Positions 8,751-14,099 of a stretch of 14,099 bases of DNA are shown in pieces. The position numbers were made by a program, and so were the translations under genes. The stretch spans positions 1 to 14,099 of the forward strand of contig JBFMGU010000270.1 of NCBI GenBank assembly GCA_040752415.1. The letters are read 5' to 3'. Each line of letters starts with the position of its first letter. Positions within the stretch are counted from its first letter, which is position 1. This DNA is from Myxococcota bacterium. GTDB taxonomy: Bacteria; Myxococcota; JACRCW01. The notes beneath the pieces are model-generated. The model was not told the origin of the DNA. It worked only from the letters and a program-made list of their open reading frames with translations, and did no database searches.

Positions 8751-11507
8751 TCAGGGCCTGCGACGTCGCACGAGCAGGGCGGCGAGCGCAAGCACCATGA
8801 CTCCCGTGGGCAGTCCGTGCTGGACCGCGGTGCTGCTGCAGCCGTTGGACGACCTTGTCGTCGTGGAAGCCTGGTCCTTGACCGGGAGCGTGCCCACCTC
8901 GCCGGTGCGCATGATGGGACGCTTCTTGGCGCGCTCACCCAACGTGGAGAGGGCCACGTGACCGGCCTGGTCGCGCGCCTCCACCTCGATGAACGCGTCA
9001 GCCGCGACGTCATCCAGGTCCACGCTGCGCTCCGTCTCGCCGTCGACGTCGATCCACGCGATGTCATTCACGCGGTAGCGGACGTGGATGTCCTCGGGCT
9101 CGGCCACGCGGTCCCAGACGATGATGCGCAGCGTGTCGTCGGTGCGGGAGACCTGGAGGCGGGGGGCTTCGGCGTCGCTGAGCACGGGGATGATGACCGG
9201 CGTCTCGTCGAGCGTGCCTGGCGCGTCCACCACGCGGCTGCGCACCTGGATGGTGTGGGCGCCCTGGAGGTTCAGCTCCACGTCGGAAACCACGAGCTCG
9301 GTGCCCTGGCGGTACGGGTGCCACAGGCCGTTGTCCACGCGGTAGCTGTGCTCCACCGGCGTGTTGCCGGGCGCCGCGCTGTCGACGCGCAGGATGGCCT
9401 TGATGCGCTTGCGCGCCGCGCCGTTGCTGACGCTCATCTCCGCCGGCGTGGGAATCTCCATGCGCTCCAGCGACGCCACCGTCTGCACCCGCAGCGTGCT
9501 GGCGTTGGCGGCTGCCGCGTCGAAGGCGAGGTCCGCGAACACGCCGAGGAACTCGTAGCGGGTGTGACCGAACGCGGTGGTGCCAAACCCGTTCTCCATG
9601 CCCTTGAAGCGCACGCGCTGCAGCTCGAAGCCACGCATGCTGGGCAGGTCAAAGGTCTGGTCCAGGTCCGGGGCGAACTGCGGGAGGAACGCGGCCAACA
9701 GCTCCGGCACCGCCTGCGCAATCTCCTCCTCGGTCTGGTTGAGGGCGTCCGCGTTGCGCGCGCGCACCTCACGCAGCCAGGTGTCGACGGGATTGGCGAT
9801 GACGTGCACCTGGCCCTGCCCGTTGATCTCCAGGCCCAGCCCCACGGCGAGGTCGACGTTGAGGGTGACCAGCCGGACGTAGCGATCCTCGACGAGGACG
9901 TAGATGTTGATGTCCAGGTTGGGCACCGAGAGCGTCAGCAGCGGCTGGTCCAGGATGGTGCGCGTGGGGTCGTCGGGGTCGGGCGCGGTGGTGCCCAGGC
10001 CAATCTGCGCTTCCGGTGGCTCGCGCGGACGCAGCTCCATGATGGCGGGGCGCGGCGCGGGATTGGGCTCGTTGTAGAGCGCGGCCATGGCGTCGCCCTC
10101 GCCCAGCAGCAGTCCCACGATGCCGCTGTTGATGAGTCCCACGCGGTAGCTGCTGATCTCCTGGCAGAGCAGGCCGGCGCTGTAGGCCTCACCGAGCATC
10201 TCGCCGAGGAGCGCGTCGTGCGCGGCCATGCCCACCATGTACGTGCTGGCGGAGCCGCCGTTGGCGGGGGCCACGGTGGCGGGGAAATCAAAGCTGGAGA
10301 CGTTGATGGGGCCGCCGTTGCGCGGGGGAACGCACGGGTTGTCGTCGGCGTTGGCGCCGCCCACCAGACCCACGTTGAGCCCGTTGTTGCTGAAGTGCGC
10401 CGCGTTGGCGCCACCCTCACGCGTGCCACCTGCAAAGACGCTGAACTGCACGTCACCGTTGCCGGCGAGGAAGCTGGGCAGGTTGGCAGCGAGGTCCACC
10501 TGTCCCTCGACGCCGAGGAGGCCGGGGATGGGCGCCTCGTTCCCGTCGGTGAAATGGCACTTGCCGTCGGTGTAGCAGAGGCTCTCCCACACGCCGGGCT
10601 TGGCGGGGCACTGGTAGCCGGACGCGTAGGGCGTGCAGGCCTGCGTGCGCACGGGGTCCAGCGCCTCATTGAGGGCGTCCTTGAGCGTGGTGCCCAGGTC
10701 CCCCGCGAAGCTGCCGACGATCCAGTCCTTCACGAACCCGATGTCGGCGATGTCGCAGGAGAAGCCGCCGTCGATGGTGATGTCATCCCCGCTGAAGGGC
10801 ACGTCGACGCTGGTGACCTCGAAGGTGGCGCGGTCCGTGCGCGGCTCCCGCCCGACGGTGAGCTTGCCGGTGACGGTGCGGTTCTCGATGTGCGGGTACA
10901 CCGTGCAATTGGTCTCGAAGTACCACCACGGGTCGTAGCGGATCTTGATGCCGTTGGGATCCGGGGGAGAGCTCAGGTCCACGACGACACGGATGTCCAT
11001 GGTGCTGGCCGTGGCGGGGACGAGCTGGGTGGTCTTCAGCGTGGCGTAGACGATGCAGTTCCAGTAGTTGGCGCCAATCTCCTCGGTGCAGATGTCGGTG
11101 TCCTCCCCGTCGGAGGGCGGGATGCGGAAGCCCAGCTTGGGGTCCGCGTTGGGCGCGTTGTGACAGACCTTGGGGTTGTCCAGGTTGCACGCGGGATTGG
11201 CGGCGGGGCAGCTGTCGCAGGTCTCACCGTCGGGGCAGCGGCAGGTCTGGCCGGAGGCGCAGGGCATGCCGGTGGCGCCGTCGCAGGCGGTCTGCATGAA
11301 CGCGCTGACGACGGTGGGAAGCTTCTGGCCAATGAAGCTGAAGCCCTCCGGCGTGATGCGCGCCTGCACGAGCTGGTCGGTCCGTTTGTCCTCGGGGAAG
11401 GGCCCGGTGAGGGGCTCAACGCAGGAGCAGGAAGTGGCACCGCAACGGGCCAGCAGGATGGCAGCAACGGCAGCCTGCCAGGCACGACGGTGGAGGGCAC
11501 GAACCAT
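8751..11507 (-). CDS. Large Cys-rich surface lipoprotein with MYXO-CTERM-like sorting tail; possible BPI/LBP-like fold plus Ig-like domains
   Basis: GGAGG before ATG 11507. Signal-like MVRALHRRAWQAAVAAILLARC-GATSCSC. C-terminus SSNGCSS...GVMVLALAALLVRRRRP (GC motif, TM helix, Arg cluster). Beta-rich C-terminal segments HSYRVDNG.W, GAHTIQVRSR, IEVEARDQAG. Confidence 0.85.
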   Translation of the reverse strand: MVRALHRRAWQAAVAAILLARCGATSCSCVEPLTGPFPEDKRTDQLVQARITPEGFSFIGQKLPTVVSAFMQTACDGATGMPCASGQTCRCPDGETCDSCPAANPACNLDNPKVCHNAPNADPKLGFRIPPSDGEDTDICTEEIGANYWNCIVYATLKTTQLVPATASTMDIRVVVDLSSPPDPNGIKIRYDPWWYFETNCTVYPHIENRTVTGKLTVGREPRTDRATFEVTSVDVPFSGDDITIDGGFSCDIADIGFVKDWIVGSFAGDLGTTLKDALNEALDPVRTQACTPYASGYQCPAKPGVWESLCYTDGKCHFTDGNEAPIPGLLGVEGQVDLAANLPSFLAGNGDVQFSVFAGGTREGGANAAHFSNNGLNVGLVGGANADDNPCVPPRNGGPINVSSFDFPATVAPANGGSASTYMVGMAAHDALLGEMLGEAYSAGLLCQEISSYRVGLINSGIVGLLLGEGDAMAALYNEPNPAPRPAIMELRPREPPEAQIGLGTTAPDPDDPTRTILDQPLLTLSVPNLDINIYVLVEDRYVRLVTLNVDLAVGLGLEINGQGQVHVIANPVDTWLREVRARNADALNQTEEEIAQAVPELLAAFLPQFAPDLDQTFDLPSMRGFELQRVRFKGMENGFGTTAFGHTRYEFLGVFADLAFDAAAANASTLRVQTVASLERMEIPTPAEMSVSNGAARKRIKAILRVDSAAPGNTPVEHSYRVDNGLWHPYRQGTELVVSDVELNLQGAHTIQVRSRVVDAPGTLDETPVIIPVLSDAEAPRLQVSRTDDTLRIIVWDRVAEPEDIHVRYRVNDIAWIDVDGETERSVDLDDVAADAFIEVEARDQAGHVALSTLGERAKKRPIMRTGEVGTLPVKDQASTTTRSSNGCSSTAVQHGLPTGVMVLALAALLVRRRRP

Positions 11508-11636
11508 GGGGCCTCCCAAGACGGGGACCCACGGATCTTTAGCCGCCCCCGGGCGCCAAGGCCATGGCTGGGCGACGGATGGAGGGGACGGGACAACCGA
11601 GTGGAGCGCGGGAGATCCGGGGGTACGCGCCGCGGT

Positions 11637-11927
11637 TCACGGGCGGCTGGGAGCCACCGCTTGACGACGGGCGAAGGGCAGACCCAGCCCGGCAATGATG
11701 CCCCACACCGTGCCAAACACCAGCGCGATGACCAGGGCGTGCCAGTCGGTCACCTCGACGAGGGCACCGCGGATCAGCGCGGCCACCGTGCCCGCCGTGG
11801 CGTAGGTGCACAGCGACGGGATGCGCAGCGTGGAGCGCTCCGCCAGCCGACGGCCCATCCGCACCGTGACGTGGCGCGCGAGCAACCCCGCCGCGAGCAT
11901 GACCGTGAGCTTGATGACCCAATCCAT
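11637..11927 (-). CDS. Small hypothetical membrane protein (~3 TM)
   Basis: 96 aa, ATG preceded by GAGG, three hydrophobic stretches, fills the gap in the same orientation as its neighbours. Confidence 0.7.
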   Translation of the reverse strand: MDWVIKLTVMLAAGLLARHVTVRMGRRLAERSTLRIPSLCTYATAGTVAALIRGALVEVTDWHALVIALVFGTVWGIIAGLGLPFARRQAVAPSRP

Positions 11928-11977
11928 GGGCCTCGAGTTACCCCAACGCCGCGGAGGTTGCCATCACGGAACGCGGG

Positions 11978-12226
11978 TCAGCGGCGTCCGCCGTGATAGC
12001 CCACCAGGAAGGCCAGCGCGCTCCAGAGCAGCGTCCCGACGTAGAGGCCCGCCTTGTCGCGCCAGGCGGTGTGGGAGAACACGTCGCTGAGCGTGGCCCA
12101 GAGGCTGCGGATGGCGTCGAGGTGGAAGTAGGCGGGCAGGGTGAGCCCGACGAGGATCAGCGCCCAGAGCGCCAGGACGAACGCCGCGCCACGCAGGAGG
12201 CGTCGCCACGAGGGAAGAAGCTTCAT
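11978..12226 (-). CDS. Small hypothetical membrane protein (2 TM), coupled to larE
   Basis: 82 aa, basic N-terminus then two hydrophobic segments. Start overlaps the larE stop (ATGA at 12226-12223). Confidence 0.75.
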   Translation of the reverse strand: MKLLPSWRRLLRGAAFVLALWALILVGLTLPAYFHLDAIRSLWATLSDVFSHTAWRDKAGLYVGTLLWSALAFLVGYHGGRR

Positions 12227-13080
12227 CCACCCAGCACGGTGAGTCGCGGACGGCCCGAGGCGCGGTTGGCACCGCCCTGACGGTAGCCATCCAGGTCCAC
12301 CGTCACCTGTGTGAAACCCGCCTCGCGCACGCCGGCCACCGCCGCTTCACGCACCTTCTCGTCGAGCAGGCGCGGCAGCTCGTCGACGGCAACCTCGATG
12401 CGCGCGAGGTCACCGTGGTAGCGCACGCGCACCTGCACGAAACCGAGCTGTCGCAGCGCGAATTCCGCGCGGCCCACCTGGCCCAGCTTCTCCGCCGTGA
12501 TGGCGGTGCCGTGTGGGAAGCGGCTGGAGAGGCACGCCAGCGCGGGTTTGTGCGCGGAGGGAAGCCCGTACAGCTCGGCCACGGCGCGCACCAACGGCTT
12601 GCTGAGCCCGGCGGTGATGAGCGGCGCCTGGATGCCACGTTCACGCGCGGCGGTGTGGCCGGGACGGTCGTCGCCGAGGTCGTCGAGATTGGCGCCGTAG
12701 GCAACGTGCTTCAGTCCACGACGGGCCTTGAACGCATCACACGCGTCGAACAGTGCGCTCTTGCAGAAGTAGCAGCGGTTGGTGGGATTGGCGGCGTAGC
12801 GCGGGTCCTCCACCTCGTGCGTGTCGACGAGAACGAGCTCCGCGCCGATGCGCCGCGCACCCTCGCGTGCATCGTCGTATTCCCACTGCGGGTAGCTGGG
12901 GGAGATGGCCAACAGCCCCACGGCGCGCGGCCCCAGGGCCCGGTGCGCGGCCGCGAGCAGCACCGCGCTGTCGACGCCACCGGAGTACGCCACCACCGCG
13001 GATTCCAACGCCGCGCACGCCTCCTCCAGGCGCTGTGCGGCCTCCCGGGCGTCCATTCCACGCAATGCCGTGCTGGTCAT
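12223..13080 (-). CDS. larE: LarE-family ATP-dependent sulfur transferase (PP-loop), CxxC...C type
   Basis: PP-loop AYSGGVDS, YAANPTNRCYFCK, GANLDDLGDDRPG..AA.E, KPALACLSSRFP.G, AE..LRQLGF.QVRVRYHG..ARIE, GF..VTVDLDGYRQG. Confidence 0.95.
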   Translation of the reverse strand: MTSTALRGMDAREAAQRLEEACAALESAVVAYSGGVDSAVLLAAAHRALGPRAVGLLAISPSYPQWEYDDAREGARRIGAELVLVDTHEVEDPRYAANPTNRCYFCKSALFDACDAFKARRGLKHVAYGANLDDLGDDRPGHTAARERGIQAPLITAGLSKPLVRAVAELYGLPSAHKPALACLSSRFPHGTAITAEKLGQVGRAEFALRQLGFVQVRVRYHGDLARIEVAVDELPRLLDEKVREAAVAGVREAGFTQVTVDLDGYRQGGANRASGRPRLTVLGG

Positions 13081-13571
13081 GGCTGCTCCACCTTCGTCGT
13101 CGGAAGTTCCACCTTGTGCGGGTGGAAGCTGCCCGCGTCATAACGGAACAGGTTGGCCTCCACCGGCTTGCCGTCGCGCGTCCCGACCACGAGGTAGTCC
13201 ACGCCGGGGAAACGGGGTGCGCCGTCCCAGAGCGCCTGCGCCACGTCCTCGTCGCTGAAGTAGGCGCCCACGTCGATGTGCGAGTGGTAGATGACCCGCT
13301 CCACCTGCCCCTGCTCCTTTGCCTTCTCGAGGAGACGGAGGTGCTGCATGTCATTGAAGCGGTACGCGGTGCGGGAGGTGCGGGGGAACTGCACGGGGTC
13401 CAGCTGGTGGTAGCGGTCCTGCACGTTGTCCATGCGCTCGGTGGCCACCGCCACGTCGGGAGCGTCGGCTTGGGCGAGGAGGATGCCGCACACTTCCGAG
13501 GGATAACCCTCGATGACGTGCTGGAGCACACGTGCGAGCACCGGTTCAGGAATGCGGAAGACCTGCGACAT
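13077..13571 (-). CDS. JAMM/MPN+ (Mov34, M67 family) zinc metallopeptidase, Mec-like
   Basis: YPSEVCGILL and YHSHIDVGAYFSDED match the JAMM motif E...HxH-x7-S-x2-D. GAGGG before ATG 13571. Stop overlaps the larE start (ATGA at 13080-13077). Confidence 0.93.
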   Translation of the reverse strand: MSQVFRIPEPVLARVLQHVIEGYPSEVCGILLAQADAPDVAVATERMDNVQDRYHQLDPVQFPRTSRTAYRFNDMQHLRLLEKAKEQGQVERVIYHSHIDVGAYFSDEDVAQALWDGAPRFPGVDYLVVGTRDGKPVEANLFRYDAGSFHPHKVELPTTKVEQP

Positions 13572-13679
13572 GGGCAACCCTCGGGGAAGGCCCTCTTAGC
13601 GCAACGCCAGGGCGAGCGCAGCCCGTGATGACCCGCATGCAGCGGTAGCCGCGTGACGACGTGGGGACCCCCGCGCGTG

Positions 13680-14099
13680 CTAGAGGCAGCTGCCCACCAT
13701 GCCAAAGGAGACGGTGCGCACGCCGCTGTTGATGGCGGACGCCACGTCGGAGTTCATGAGGCCCAGGCTGTTGAGCATCTTGCCCGCCACCGGTGCGACG
13801 AGCAACGTGGTGACCAGGAACATCCCCAGCCCCACGCCGAAGATTGCCGCGCCGATGACCATGGTGATGGAACCCGTGGTGACCAGCCCCGGCGCGCCGA
13901 CCCACTGGACGAATCCCCAGATCCCGACGGCAAACCCCACCAGCATCACCACGGGTGACAGCACGATGGGGATTCCGACGACGCCCGCGGTCCCCAGCGT
14001 GCATCCCGCGGACAACGCCTTGCGGCCGGCACCGGGCTCATTCGACGTCGGGGTGACGTCCTCAGGCGGCGGGGACGGCGGGGGCACATAGGTCGGCGC
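13680..14099 (-). CDS. Hypothetical membrane protein with Pro-rich linker; 5' end outside the window
   Basis: Frame stays open to the window edge (APTYVPPPSPPPEDV...), followed by two long Gly-rich hydrophobic stretches. TAG stop at 13682-13680. Confidence 0.7.
   Translation of the reverse strand, partial: APTYVPPPSPPPEDVTPTSNEPGAGRKALSAGCTLGTAGVVGIPIVLSPVVMLVGFAVGIWGFVQWVGAPGLVTTGSITMVIGAAIFGVGLGMFLVTTLLVAPVAGKMLNSLGLMNSDVASAINSGVRTVSFGMVGSCL

Noticed and set aside
8732..9067. 112-aa N-terminal extension of PPDK in the ORF track
   Set aside because: Overlaps the lipoprotein C-terminus in another frame and is low-complexity Arg/Ser-rich. PPDK similarity starts at 8731.
13077..13571. JAMM as part of an antiphage system (CBASS Cap3 or Bil type)
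   Set aside because: No CD-NTase, E1/E2 or ubiquitin-like gene nearby; sequence and context fit Mec-like sulfur metabolism better.

Overview
Very GC-rich bacterial window (about 70% by eye). The Hanks-type kinases, sigma54 activator and MYXO-CTERM-like tail suggest Myxococcota or a relative. There are eleven plausible genes, ten on the minus strand. Minus-strand block 1, in transcription order from the right edge: truncated Pro-rich membrane protein, JAMM/M67 metallopeptidase, larE (CxxC...C type), two small membrane proteins, a ~918-aa Cys-rich surface lipoprotein with a MYXO-CTERM-like tail, and a divergent pyruvate phosphate dikinase. A plus-strand receiver domain-Ser/Thr kinase fusion converges on ppdK. 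Minus-strand block 2: TPR protein, four-heme c-type cytochrome, sigma54 enhancer-binding protein (EBP), and a zinc-ribbon Ser/Thr kinase truncated by the window edge. Main leads: (1) tandem palindromic sites plus a -24/-12 promoter beside the EBP that fire antisense into the cytochrome gene with no evident sense target; (2) JAMM translationally coupled to larE, suggesting a sulfur-carrier relay; (3) a BPI/LBP-like surface protein; (4) a PPDK with active-site substitutions. I saw no rRNA, tRNA, CRISPR array or mobile element. All calls come from reading motifs by eye; no searches were run.
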